From Myxococcota bacterium (lineage in GTDB: Bacteria > Myxococcota_A > UBA9160 > JAFDDA01): a stretch of 64,000 nucleotides of DNA. The position numbers were made by a program, and so were the translations under genes. The stretch is from contig OZ245817.1 in assembly GCA_965228475.1 (NCBI GenBank), positions 4,320,001 through 4,384,000 on the forward strand, read 5' to 3'. The stretch's first letter is position 1, and each line of letters begins with the position of its first letter. This document shows positions 1-9,454 of the stretch, piece by piece. The notes under the pieces are model-generated. The model saw nothing but the letters and a program-made list of their open reading frames with translations, did no database searches and had not been told where the DNA came from.

Positions 1-116
1 CACCCGCAAACCTCTCCCACGCTCGCAAACGAAGAAGCCGGCCTAGGCCCGTAGCCACCCGAAGCGCAGGCGCAGCGGAGCGAGGGCACCCCCTCGCCGC
101 CCCGCCTCCCCCCATC

Positions 117-968
117 TCAGACGAGCCCGACCTGCCGCTCGCTCTCGGTCCACAGCCGCGCCGCGTCCTCGTCGCTCTGGGCGTAGCGCTTGGGCCAGCG
201 GGCTTCGCGGTCGACGAAGTAGCGGCCGTTCTCGGGGACGTCCTCGCTGCAGAGGTAGACGCCCGTGTCGGCGCCCTGCTCGGGGGTTCGATTGAAGGCC
301 GAGAGGAACGTCATGGCGAGCTTCGAGACCAGGCCGTTGTTCGTCGCGAAGCCGGTGCCGACGAAACCCGGGTGGAAGCAGTTGGCCGTGACGCCCGTGC
401 CCTCGAGGCGGCGCGCGAGCTCGCGCGTGAAGAGGATGTTCGCGAGCTTCGAGATCCCGTAGCGGGTCATCGCGTTGGCGACGTTGCGTCCGCCGAGATC
501 GCCGAAGTCGATCGGGCCGCCGGCCCAGGAGTGGGCGTCCGAAGTGACGTTCACGATGCGCGCGGGCGCGCTTTCCTGGATGCGATCGAGCAGGAGGTTC
601 GTCAACAGGAAGTAGGCGAGGTGATTGACCGCCCAGGTGCCCTCGATCCCATCCACGGTGTCTTCGCGCCAGAAGTTCAGCACGCCGGCGTTGTTCAGGA
701 GCACGTGGAGCGGCTTGCCCTGGGCCAGGAACTTCTGCGCCGCGGCGCGGATCTGCTCCTGGGACGAGAGGTCGCAGAGCAGGAGCGACGTTCGATCGAG
801 CCCCGCTTCGTCGCGCAGCAGCGCCTGGGTTTCCCCGCCGCGCTCCGGGTTCCGGCAGACGAGGATGAGCTCCTCGGGGCCCATGGAGGCCAGGGCGACC
901 GCGGCAGCCCGGCCGATGCCGCCCGTCGCGCCGGTGATCATGACGGTCTTGCCTTCGAGCTGGCCCAT
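117..968 (-). CDS. Short-chain dehydrogenase/reductase (retinol dehydrogenase-like)
   Basis: TGATGGIG Rossmann motif, NNAG, YGISK catalytic motif; start trimmed to MGQLEGK. Confidence 0.9.
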   Translation of the reverse strand: MGQLEGKTVMITGATGGIGRAAAVALASMGPEELILVCRNPERGGETQALLRDEAGLDRTSLLLCDLSSQEQIRAAAQKFLAQGKPLHVLLNNAGVLNFWREDTVDGIEGTWAVNHLAYFLLTNLLLDRIQESAPARIVNVTSDAHSWAGGPIDFGDLGGRNVANAMTRYGISKLANILFTRELARRLEGTGVTANCFHPGFVGTGFATNNGLVSKLAMTFLSAFNRTPEQGADTGVYLCSEDVPENGRYFVDREARWPKRYAQSDEDAARLWTESERQVGLV

Positions 969-979
969 CGGGCCCTCCT

Positions 980-2224
980 CTACTTGCGGGCGGCTTCTTC
1001 GGCCGCGCGCACGACGTCGCGCAGCGGCGCCTCGTGCTTGCGCGCGGCGGCCTTGCAATCGTCGTACTCGGGCGACGCCTCGACCTGGCCGTCGGGGGAG
1101 CGGACGAGCTTCACGCGGATCTTTCCGTAGCGCGTCTTCACCTTGATCTGTTCGCGGTGCAGGAGGAGGCGGTCGTACTCGACGCTCCGCACCCCCGCCG
1201 TGGTCGATTCGGCGAACAGGATGCGGGCGAGCGCCTCGCGCTCCGAGGGCCGGGCGAGCACGCGGACGAGGAAGCCCGGGCGGTTCTTCTTCATCTGGAG
1301 ATGCTGGAGGCCGACGTCGAGGGCACCCCCGTCGAAGAGGCGCTCCATCACGTGGTCGAAGTGCTCGGGCACGAGATCGTCGAGGTTCGCTTCGAGGGCG
1401 ACGATGCGGTCCCCCTCGATCGCCGCGCTCCGGCCGAGGATGGCGCGCAGCACGTTCGGCATCGGCCCTTCGCGCTCCTTGCCCGCACCGTGCCCGATCG
1501 CCTCGACCGTCATGGCCGGGAGCGGCCGGAACTCGTCGACCAGCACCTTCAGGATCGCCGCTCCCGTCGGCGTCACCGTTTCCCACTCGATGTGGGCGGG
1601 GACGGTCGGGATGCCCTTCAGGATCTCGAGGGTCGCCGGCGCCGGGAGCGGGAGCGTTCCGTGGGCGGTCTCGACGGTGCCGTGGCCGAGGGCCGGCGGC
1701 GCGGCGGTGATGAAGTCGATGCCGAGCCGGGCGCGGGCGATGGCCGCGCCGGTGACGTCGACGATCGCGTCGACGGCGCCGACTTCGTGGAAGTGGACCT
1801 TCTCGATCGGCGTCCCGTGGACCTTCGCCTCGGCCCGCGCGATCACCTCGAAGATCTCGACGGCGGTGTCGCGCACGCCGGCGTCGAGCTTCGCTCCGGC
1901 CAGCAGGTCCCGGATCTCGCGGAAGTGGCGGCCGTGATGATGGCCGTGCCCTTTCGCCTTCCCGTGCGAGTGCTTCTTCCTGGCGTGGGGGACGGCGACG
2001 TCGAGATAGCGGGCGGCCAGCGCGCCCCGCGTGACCTTCGTGACCTCGAGCTCGTGCTCGACACCGAGGCCCGCGAGATCTTCTTCGAGCTCGTGGCGCG
2101 AGAGACCCGCGTCGAGCAGCGCGCCGAGGAACATGTTGCCCGCGCAGCCGGCAAAGGTGTCGAGGTGCAGTACGCGCGCGCCCGGTGCCGGCGTCTTCGG
2201 CTTCGACTTCTTCCGCGGGCTCAC
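980..2224 (-). CDS. larC: Nickel pincer cofactor biosynthesis protein LarC
   Basis: G-x-AGNMFLGALLDAG, His-rich segment, HFHEVGAVDAIVD, MKKNRPG, PEYDDC. Confidence 0.93.
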   Translation of the reverse strand: MSPRKKSKPKTPAPGARVLHLDTFAGCAGNMFLGALLDAGLSRHELEEDLAGLGVEHELEVTKVTRGALAARYLDVAVPHARKKHSHGKAKGHGHHHGRHFREIRDLLAGAKLDAGVRDTAVEIFEVIARAEAKVHGTPIEKVHFHEVGAVDAIVDVTGAAIARARLGIDFITAAPPALGHGTVETAHGTLPLPAPATLEILKGIPTVPAHIEWETVTPTGAAILKVLVDEFRPLPAMTVEAIGHGAGKEREGPMPNVLRAILGRSAAIEGDRIVALEANLDDLVPEHFDHVMERLFDGGALDVGLQHLQMKKNRPGFLVRVLARPSEREALARILFAESTTAGVRSVEYDRLLLHREQIKVKTRYGKIRVKLVRSPDGQVEASPEYDDCKAAARKHEAPLRDVVRAAEEAARK

Positions 2225-2967
2225 AGGCGGTTGATCAGCGTCGCCACGTAGGCCGCGCCGAACCCGTTGTCGATGTTCACCACGGTCACGTTCGAGGCGC
2301 AGCTGTTCAGCATGCCGAGCAGCGCGGAGACGCCCCCGAAGGAGGCGCCGTAGCCGACGGAGGTCGGCACCGCGATCACCGGCTTGTCGACGAGCCCGCC
2401 GACCACCGAGGGCAGGGCGCCCTCCATCCCGGCCACCACGATCACCACCCGCGCCGCGCGCAGGAGTTCGCTCGAACCGAGCAGGCGGTGGATCCCCGCC
2501 ACGCCGACGTCGAAGAGCAGCTCGACCTTGTTGCCGAAGCGGCGCGCCACGAGCTCCGCCTCGCGGGCGACGGGCAGATCCGACGTCCCCGCGCAGGCGA
2601 TGGCGATGGCGCCCTTGCCTTCCTGGGGCACCTCGGCGCGGCCGGCCCAGAGCACGCGCGCCATCGGGTCGTACTCGGCGGAGACGCGGCTCGTCACGAT
2701 CGCCGCGGGTTCGGCATCGAGACGCGTCACCAGCACGTCCTGGCCCTCGCGGCGCAGGACCTCCATCACCTCGAGGATCTGCTCGGGCGTCTTGCCCGGC
2801 GCGTAGATCACCTCGGGCAGGCCATGACGCAGCGCGCGATGGGTATCGACCCGGGCGTGTTCGGTCTCGACGAAGGCCGGAGCCGAGAGCCGGTCGACGG
2901 CCTCGTCGGCATCGACGTCACCGGCCCGGACGGCCTCGAGCAGCTCGCGCAGCGTTCCGCGGTCCAT
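2221..2967 (-). CDS. larB: Nickel pincer cofactor biosynthesis protein LarB
   Basis: AGTSDLPVAREA, DVGVAGIHRL, AGMEGALPSVVGG, VVNIDNGFGAA; overlaps larC start. Confidence 0.93.
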   Translation of the reverse strand: MDRGTLRELLEAVRAGDVDADEAVDRLSAPAFVETEHARVDTHRALRHGLPEVIYAPGKTPEQILEVMEVLRREGQDVLVTRLDAEPAAIVTSRVSAEYDPMARVLWAGRAEVPQEGKGAIAIACAGTSDLPVAREAELVARRFGNKVELLFDVGVAGIHRLLGSSELLRAARVVIVVAGMEGALPSVVGGLVDKPVIAVPTSVGYGASFGGVSALLGMLNSCASNVTVVNIDNGFGAAYVATLINRL

Positions 2968-3065
2968 GGAGGGGACTTTATCGCAGCCGCCGTGCGGGGG
3001 CGCCGCCACAACCGGCGATCCCGGACCACTCAAGGAGAGCCCCCGAAGAAGCAGGAGTCGATGGG

Positions 3066-3944
3066 ATGGAGCCGAGAGTGCTACGAAAGAAGGCCGCGGG
3101 GCGAAGGGCCCTTGGCGCGCTCGCCGCAGCCGTCCTGGCCTTCGCCGCACCGGCCGTGGAGGCCGTCCCCTTCGCCCTCGCCGACGGCAACGCCACGGTC
3201 ACCGTCGAGCCCGATCTCCAGGAGGGCGTCTCCGCCTTCAACGTCGCCGGCATCTCCCACGTCCGCGAACAGTGGTACTGGCTGCGGGTCGGCGCGGCCG
3301 GGGGCGAGACCTCCCTCGACCAGCTCGACCGCGGCCCGGCCACCCTCACCGACACCAACATGAGCGGCAGCGCCGACCGCTTCGCCGCCACCTTCACGGA
3401 CCCGGACCAGCGCTTCAGCGCGGAGCTCACCGTCACGCTCGCCGGCGGCCCCTTCGGCGGGCCGTCGGACGGCGCCCAGGCCTCGCTCTCGACCGAGCTC
3501 CTGCTGACCAACACGAGCGGCGGCGACCTCGACCTCACGCTCTTCCAGTACACGGACGTCGACCTGTTCAACACGCCCGGCGACGACCTCGCCGTGTTCG
3601 CAGGAACGCCCGCGGACGCCATCTCGGTGATCGACTCGACCGACCTCGGCCGCTACGACGCGGACTTCACCCCCGCCGACGCCGTCGAAGCCGCTCTGTT
3701 CGGCCCGCTCCTCGCGAGCCTGAACGACGGATCCGCGAGCGCGCTCGCGGGCACGGTGCTCGCGAACGGCGACGTCACCCACGCCCAGGGCTGGCGCACG
3801 GTGCTCGCGGACGGCGGAACCTTCCTGATGCGGCAGACCCAGCAGATCACCGTCTTCCCCGTCCCCGAGCCGTCGCTCCCCGCCCTCGTGGCCGCCGCCG
3901 CGCCGCTACTCTGGGCGGGCAACCGACGAAGGAGTCGAGCATGA
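3066..3944 (+). CDS. Exported protein with PEP-CTERM-like sorting signal
   Basis: Signal peptide; C-terminal VPEP + hydrophobic helix + RRR. Confidence 0.8.
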   Translation: MEPRVLRKKAAGRRALGALAAAVLAFAAPAVEAVPFALADGNATVTVEPDLQEGVSAFNVAGISHVREQWYWLRVGAAGGETSLDQLDRGPATLTDTNMSGSADRFAATFTDPDQRFSAELTVTLAGGPFGGPSDGAQASLSTELLLTNTSGGDLDLTLFQYTDVDLFNTPGDDLAVFAGTPADAISVIDSTDLGRYDADFTPADAVEAALFGPLLASLNDGSASALAGTVLANGDVTHAQGWRTVLADGGTFLMRQTQQITVFPVPEPSLPALVAAAAPLLWAGNRRRSRA

Positions 3945-5527
3945 GCCGATCGGACCTTCCCCGCGCGCGGCGCGTGGCGCCGGCCTCCTGGTCCACGCTC
4001 GAACGGATCACGTCCGGCGAGGTCTCCCGGCGGAGCTTCCTGCGCATGACGACGGCCGCGGCCGGCGTCGCCATGGGCGGCCCGCTGCTCTCGGCCTGCA
4101 CGCCGAGCCTGCCGGACTACCCCTTCACGCTCGGCGTCGCTTCGGGCGACCCGCTCGCCGACCGCGTCGTGCTCTGGACCCGGCTCGCACCCTCGCCCCT
4201 CGACCCCGGTGGCGGCATGCCCGCCGTCCCCTACAGCGTGGCCTGGGAGGTCGCCCACGACGAGAACTTCGCGGTCATCGCGCGCAGCGGTTTCGCCATC
4301 GCGGACCCGGGCCTCGGCCACTCGGTCCACGTCGACGTCCCCGGGCTCGAGCCCGATCGCTGGTACTTCTACCGCTTCCGCGCCGCCGGCCACGTCTCCG
4401 ACGTCGGACGGACGCGGACCTTCCCCGCCGCGGGCGCCGCCCCGAGCCTGCTGCGCTTCGCGAGCTGCTCCTGCCAGCGTTACACCGACGGGTTCTACAC
4501 CGCCTACGCGAACATGGCGGCCGAAGACCTCGACTGCGTCGTCCACCTCGGCGATTACATCTACGAATCCGGCACGACGGGCATCCGCAACCACGACGGC
4601 ACGGGCGAGCCGCGCACGCTCGACGAGTACCGGAACCGCCACGCGCTCTACAAGCTCGACCTCGATCTCCAGGCCGCACACGGCCAGTTCCCCTGGATCG
4701 TCACCTGGGACGACCACGAGGTCGACAACAACCACGCGGGCCTGAACCCCGAGAACCCGGACCCGGCCTTTGCCGCGCGGCGCGCCGCCGCCTACCGGGC
4801 CTACTACGAGCACATGCCCGTGCGCGCCCTCGTCCCGAAGAACGAGTTCTTCCGCATCTATCGCGACTTCCAGTTCGGCGACCTGGCGAACCTCTTCGTG
4901 CTCGACACCCGCCAGTACCGCACCGACCAGCCGTGCAACGACGAGCTGGGCCCCGCCTGCGAAGGGTTCCCGGACCCGGCCGGCGACATGCTCGGCGCCG
5001 CCCAGGAAAACTGGCTGCTCAGCGGGCTCGGTGCCTCGTCCGCGATCTGGAACGTGCTCGCCCAGCAGATCGTCTTCTCACCCACGCCGATCGGGCCGGC
5101 CTTCAACTTCGACCAGTGGGACGGCTACCCGTTCTCGCGCCAGCGCATCCTCGACTTCATCCAGGCCGCGGGCGTCCGCAACCCGACCGTCCTCACCGGG
5201 GACATCCACGCCTCGGGCGCCGGCGCGGTCCCGGTCTCGGCGGACGATCTCGAGACCCCGCTCGGTGCCGAGTGGGTCGCCACCGGCATCACCTCGAACA
5301 TCGGAAACCCGGTGCTGGCGAGCATCTTCGAGCAGGCGGTCCAGTCGCTGCCCCACGTCGGGTTCTTGAACGCCGTCAACCAGGGCTACGTCCGCCACGA
5401 AGTGACGCGCGACCTCTGGCGGGCGGACTTCCGCTTCGTGGATTCGATCGTGGTGCCCGTCGCCGGGATCTCGACGGGCGCGAGCTGGGTCGCGGAAGAG
5501 GGCGTTCCGGGGATTTCCGAGGCCTAG
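3941..5527 (+). CDS. phoD: Alkaline phosphatase D family, Tat-exported
   Basis: SRRSFLR Tat motif, FTLGVASGDP, HLGDYIYE, WDDHEV, LDTRQYR, TGDIH; AGGAG RBS. Confidence 0.92.
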   Translation: MSRSDLPRARRVAPASWSTLERITSGEVSRRSFLRMTTAAAGVAMGGPLLSACTPSLPDYPFTLGVASGDPLADRVVLWTRLAPSPLDPGGGMPAVPYSVAWEVAHDENFAVIARSGFAIADPGLGHSVHVDVPGLEPDRWYFYRFRAAGHVSDVGRTRTFPAAGAAPSLLRFASCSCQRYTDGFYTAYANMAAEDLDCVVHLGDYIYESGTTGIRNHDGTGEPRTLDEYRNRHALYKLDLDLQAAHGQFPWIVTWDDHEVDNNHAGLNPENPDPAFAARRAAAYRAYYEHMPVRALVPKNEFFRIYRDFQFGDLANLFVLDTRQYRTDQPCNDELGPACEGFPDPAGDMLGAAQENWLLSGLGASSAIWNVLAQQIVFSPTPIGPAFNFDQWDGYPFSRQRILDFIQAAGVRNPTVLTGDIHASGAGAVPVSADDLETPLGAEWVATGITSNIGNPVLASIFEQAVQSLPHVGFLNAVNQGYVRHEVTRDLWRADFRFVDSIVVPVAGISTGASWVAEEGVPGISEA

Positions 5528-5542
5528 GCAGGCCCGGCGTCG

Positions 5543-5905
5543 CTAGCCGAGGACGCGCTTCACGACCTGCAGCAGGCGGTCGCGGTCGGCGGGCTTCACG
5601 ATCCAATCGCGGGCGCCCGCCTCGAGCGCTTCGTTCACCAGCGGTTCCTGGCCGCGCGAGCTCGTCACGAGCACGCGCGCATCGGTATCGAGCGCGCAGA
5701 TCTGGCGGCAGGCGTCGATCCCGGAGCAGGTCGGCAGGAGCAGGTCCATCATCACGAGGTCCGGCTCGAGCTCCTGGAAGGCGTCGATCGCTTCCTGGCC
5801 GTCGCCGACTTCGCCGACGACCTCGAAGCCGTCCGCCTCGAGGAGCCGCGTCAGGTGCTCGCGCATGAAGGGTGCGTCGTCGACGATGAGGGTTCGTGCC
5901 TTCAC
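5543..5905 (-). CDS. Single-domain response regulator (CheY-like)
   Basis: IVDD...PDLVMMD...KP receiver motifs. Confidence 0.9.
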   Translation of the reverse strand: MKARTLIVDDAPFMREHLTRLLEADGFEVVGEVGDGQEAIDAFQELEPDLVMMDLLLPTCSGIDACRQICALDTDARVLVTSSRGQEPLVNEALEAGARDWIVKPADRDRLLQVVKRVLG

Positions 5906-5950
5906 CCTTCCTGCATCGGAGAGCGGCGCGCGGGCTTGACGCCTAGGAAG

Positions 5951-6898
5951 TTAGAAGTGTCTCCAACCTTCTCGCTCCGCGACCGGGCGGCCGTCGAGTT
6001 GCAGCCCCCCTGCGGTGACGCTGCCGATCTCGGCGACCTCGACGCCGAGCCGGCGGGAGAGTGCTGCCGCGGACGGGGCCGAAGCGCGGGTGGTGAAGAG
6101 GAGCTCGTAGTCTTCTCCGGCGAAGAGCACGGAGAGCGGCTCGCGCCCGAGCTTGCGACAGGCCGCATCGAAGCCGCGGCGGCGTGGAAGCGCCGCAGAA
6201 TCGAGGGCCGCCCCGACGCCGGAGGCCTCGAGGACGTGTCGCAGGTCGGCGAGCAGGCCGTCGGAGACGTCGATGCACGCGCCGGCAAAGCGCGCACGGG
6301 TCAGGACCCGCCCGGCCTCGAGCCGGGCCGTCCCGACGTGCCGCATCGTCCCCCCGGCCTCGGCGCGCGCGCGGGCCAGGGCGGCTTCGCCGAGGCGGCC
6401 GGTCACGAAGATCCGGTCGCCCGCGCGGGCGGCATCCCGGCGCAGCGCCCGGCCGCGCTTCACCGCACCGAGGGCCGTCACCGTGAGCGAGACCTCCGAG
6501 GCCCGGGCCACGTTCCCGCCGACGAGCGGGGCACCGGCCGCCCCGCACTGGGCGAGCACGCCGCGCAGGATGCCGTCGAGCTCCCGGACGGAGAGGCCGC
6601 CGGGCCCGGCGAAGGCCAGCGTCACCGCGAGAGGCCTTGCGCCCATCGCCGCGAGGTCCGAGAGGCTCGCGACGACGCAGCGCTCCCCGACGACCCGCGG
6701 CGGATCGCTGCGCCGGCGGAAGTGGACGTTCTCGACGTGGGCATCGGTGGTGAGGACGACGTCCTCCCCGGCGCGCGGCCGCAGCACCGCGGCGTCGTCC
6801 CCGATGCCGATCTTCACGTGGTGGGGGACGCCGGCGCGCGCGGCGGCGCGCGCGATCCGGTCGATCCAGCCGAACTCGGTCAGTTCCTCGAGCCGCAC
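5951..6898 (-). CDS. thiL: Thiamine-monophosphate kinase
   Basis: GIGDDAAV, SDLAAMGA, IDVSDGL, GEDYELLFT. Confidence 0.93.
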   Translation of the reverse strand: MRLEELTEFGWIDRIARAAARAGVPHHVKIGIGDDAAVLRPRAGEDVVLTTDAHVENVHFRRRSDPPRVVGERCVVASLSDLAAMGARPLAVTLAFAGPGGLSVRELDGILRGVLAQCGAAGAPLVGGNVARASEVSLTVTALGAVKRGRALRRDAARAGDRIFVTGRLGEAALARARAEAGGTMRHVGTARLEAGRVLTRARFAGACIDVSDGLLADLRHVLEASGVGAALDSAALPRRRGFDAACRKLGREPLSVLFAGEDYELLFTTRASAPSAAALSRRLGVEVAEIGSVTAGGLQLDGRPVAEREGWRHF

Positions 6899-6926
6899 GG
6901 GCCGAGGATAGCCCCCTCGGGCGCCG

Positions 6927-9329
6927 CTACTTCTTCTTCGCCTGGGCCGGCGTCTGGGGAACCGACGGGGCGCGGCCGCGCTTCGCGCGCGGGCGGAAGT
7001 CCCCCTCGAGGGCGACCTCGAGCACCTCGTTCATGTGGGAGACCGGGACGAAGGTGATCTTCTTCTTCACCTCGCGCGGGATCTCCTCGAGGTCGTCGAG
7101 GTTCTTCTTCGGGAGCACCATGGTCGTGATGCCGTGGCGAAGCGCCGCAAGCGCCTTCTCCCGCACGCCGCCGACGGGCAGCACGCGGCCGAGCAGGGTG
7201 ACCTCGCCGGTCATCGCGATGTCCGAGCGGATCGGCACTCCCGCGGCGAGCGAGGTGATCGCCGTCGCGAGGGTGATGCCCGCCGAGGGGCCATCCTTCG
7301 GGATCGCGCCAGCCGGCACGTGGACGTGGATCTCGTGCTTGCCGAACAGGCCCTCTTCGATGCCGAGCTCCTTCTCGCGCGCCCGCACCCAGGTGAGCGC
7401 CGCGTGTCCGGACTCCTTCATGACGTCGCCGAGCTGTCCGGTCAGGACGAGGCCCTTGCCCTCGGTCATGGCCGCTTCGATCGAGAGCACGTCACCGCCG
7501 GACTCGGTCCAGGCCAGGCCCGTCGCCACGCCGATCTCGCCCTGCTCCGACTTCTCCTCCGGCATGTAGGGCGCCGGGCCGAGGAAGGTCGGCAGGTTCT
7601 TGCGGGTGAGCTTGATCTCCGCCTCGTCGCCTTCGGCGGCGCGGCGGGCGGCCTTGCGACACACCGACGCCACCTGGCGCTCGAGGTTCCGGACGCCCGC
7701 TTCGGCCGTGTACTCCGTCACGAGCTTGTCGACCGCGGCGTCGCTCCAGTGGATGCGGCCCTCGGGCAGCCCGGCCTCGGAGGTCTGGCGCGGGATCAGG
7801 TAGGCGCGCGTGATCTCGGCCTTCTCCTCGGGCGTGTAGCCCGAGAGTCGGACGATCTCCATGCGGTCGCGCAGCGGGCCGGGGATCGGATCGAGCAGGT
7901 TCGCGGTGGCCACGAAGAAGGTGCTCGAGAGGTCGAAGGGCACGTTCAGGTAGTGATCGCTGAAGCTCGCGTTCTGCTCCGGGTCGAGCACCTCGAGCAG
8001 GGCGGAGGACGGGTCGCCCCGGTAGTCCGCGCCGAGCTTGTCGATCTCGTCGAGCATGAAGACCGGGTTGCGCGTTCCCGCGGACTTGATGCCCTGGATG
8101 ATGCGGCCGGGCATGGCACCGACGTAGGTCCGCCGATGACCGCGCACTTCCGCTTCGTCGCGCACGCCGCCGAGCGACATGCGGATGAACTCGCGGCCCA
8201 TGGCGCGCGCGATCGAGCGGCCGAGCGAGGTCTTGCCCACGCCCGGCGGGCCGACGAAACACAGGATCGGTCCGCGCGAATCCTGGCGGAGCTTTCGCAC
8301 GCCGAGGAACTCGAGAATGCGGTCCTTGATCCGGTCGAGGTGCGCGTGGTCGGCGTCGAGGATCTGGCGCGCGCACGAGAGGTCGAGCTGGTCCGGCGAC
8401 ATGCGGCGCCAGGGCAGCTCGATCATCGTGTCGAGGTAGGTGCGCGCGACCTGGGCTTCCGGGCCGTCCGGGTGCATGCGCTCGAGGCGCCGGAGCTGGC
8501 GCATGGCCTCGCCGAAGGCCTCTTCGGTCATGCCGGCGTCCTCGATCTTCGCGTGGTACTCGAGGATCTCGTCGCCGCGCTGGTCGCCTTCGCCGAGCTC
8601 GGCCTGGATCGCGCGCATCTGCTCGCGCAGGAAGACCTCGCGCTGGTTCCGGCTCATCTCGTCCTTCACCTGCGACTGGATCTCGGCCTGCATGGTGGTG
8701 ACTTCGAGCTCGCGGCGGAGCAGGCCATCGACCTGCTCGAGGCGCTCCATCGGGTCGAGGGCTTCGAGCACGTCCTGGGCGTCGGCGAGGCGCAGCCGCA
8801 GGTTCGAAGCGACGAGGTCCGCCAGGCGGCCCGGATCGTCGACGTTCGCCGTGATCGTGAGCACTTCGGGCGGCAGGTTCTTGAAGGGAAGGAGCTCTTC
8901 CACGCGCACGCGGACGGCGCGCATGAGCGCCTCGGTCTCGACGGTCTGCTCCGGGGCGTCCGGCTCCGGCAGCGCCTTCACGCGCGCCCAGTGGGCCGGC
9001 TCGTTCTCGACGAAGCTCTGGATCTCCGCCTTCGAGAGGCCCTGCACGAGCGCCTTCACGCGGCCGTCGGGCAGGCGCAGGATGCGCATCACCATCGCGA
9101 CGGTGCCGATCTTGTGGAGATCCTCGGGGCCCGGATCTTCCAGCTCGGGGTCGCGCTGGGCCGCCAGGAGGATCAGACGATCCCCTGCGAGCGCATCCTC
9201 GACCGCCGCGATCGACTCTTCCCGGAAGAGGAAGAGCGGCAGCACCATGTAGGGAAAGACGACGAACTCGCGCAGCGGCAAGACGGGGAGTTCGTTCGGC
9301 ACATCGTTGACGGAGTGTTCGGGGGCCAT
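6927..9329 (-). CDS. lon: ATP-dependent Lon protease
   Basis: LON N-domain LPVLPLR, GPPGVGKTS, PKDGPSAG; start at MAPEHS. Confidence 0.95.
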   Translation of the reverse strand: MAPEHSVNDVPNELPVLPLREFVVFPYMVLPLFLFREESIAAVEDALAGDRLILLAAQRDPELEDPGPEDLHKIGTVAMVMRILRLPDGRVKALVQGLSKAEIQSFVENEPAHWARVKALPEPDAPEQTVETEALMRAVRVRVEELLPFKNLPPEVLTITANVDDPGRLADLVASNLRLRLADAQDVLEALDPMERLEQVDGLLRRELEVTTMQAEIQSQVKDEMSRNQREVFLREQMRAIQAELGEGDQRGDEILEYHAKIEDAGMTEEAFGEAMRQLRRLERMHPDGPEAQVARTYLDTMIELPWRRMSPDQLDLSCARQILDADHAHLDRIKDRILEFLGVRKLRQDSRGPILCFVGPPGVGKTSLGRSIARAMGREFIRMSLGGVRDEAEVRGHRRTYVGAMPGRIIQGIKSAGTRNPVFMLDEIDKLGADYRGDPSSALLEVLDPEQNASFSDHYLNVPFDLSSTFFVATANLLDPIPGPLRDRMEIVRLSGYTPEEKAEITRAYLIPRQTSEAGLPEGRIHWSDAAVDKLVTEYTAEAGVRNLERQVASVCRKAARRAAEGDEAEIKLTRKNLPTFLGPAPYMPEEKSEQGEIGVATGLAWTESGGDVLSIEAAMTEGKGLVLTGQLGDVMKESGHAALTWVRAREKELGIEEGLFGKHEIHVHVPAGAIPKDGPSAGITLATAITSLAAGVPIRSDIAMTGEVTLLGRVLPVGGVREKALAALRHGITTMVLPKKNLDDLEEIPREVKKKITFVPVSHMNEVLEVALEGDFRPRAKRGRAPSVPQTPAQAKKK

Positions 9330-9454
9330 CGCACACCCGAATCGACGCCCTCGCGCGGTGACTTGAGACGGCGCTTGATTGGATGTCGCAACAAATTCAG
9401 CAGCTTGCGCACTCTTCGCCGGGTGGGGCGAAGGCGCTTTCACACCGTCGGGAA

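Noticed and set aside
9400..9432. CIRCE operator near lon or upstream of hrcA
   Set aside because: Only half-site-like matches (also ~3076 and ~38113); no TTAGCACTC-N9-GAGTGCTAA found
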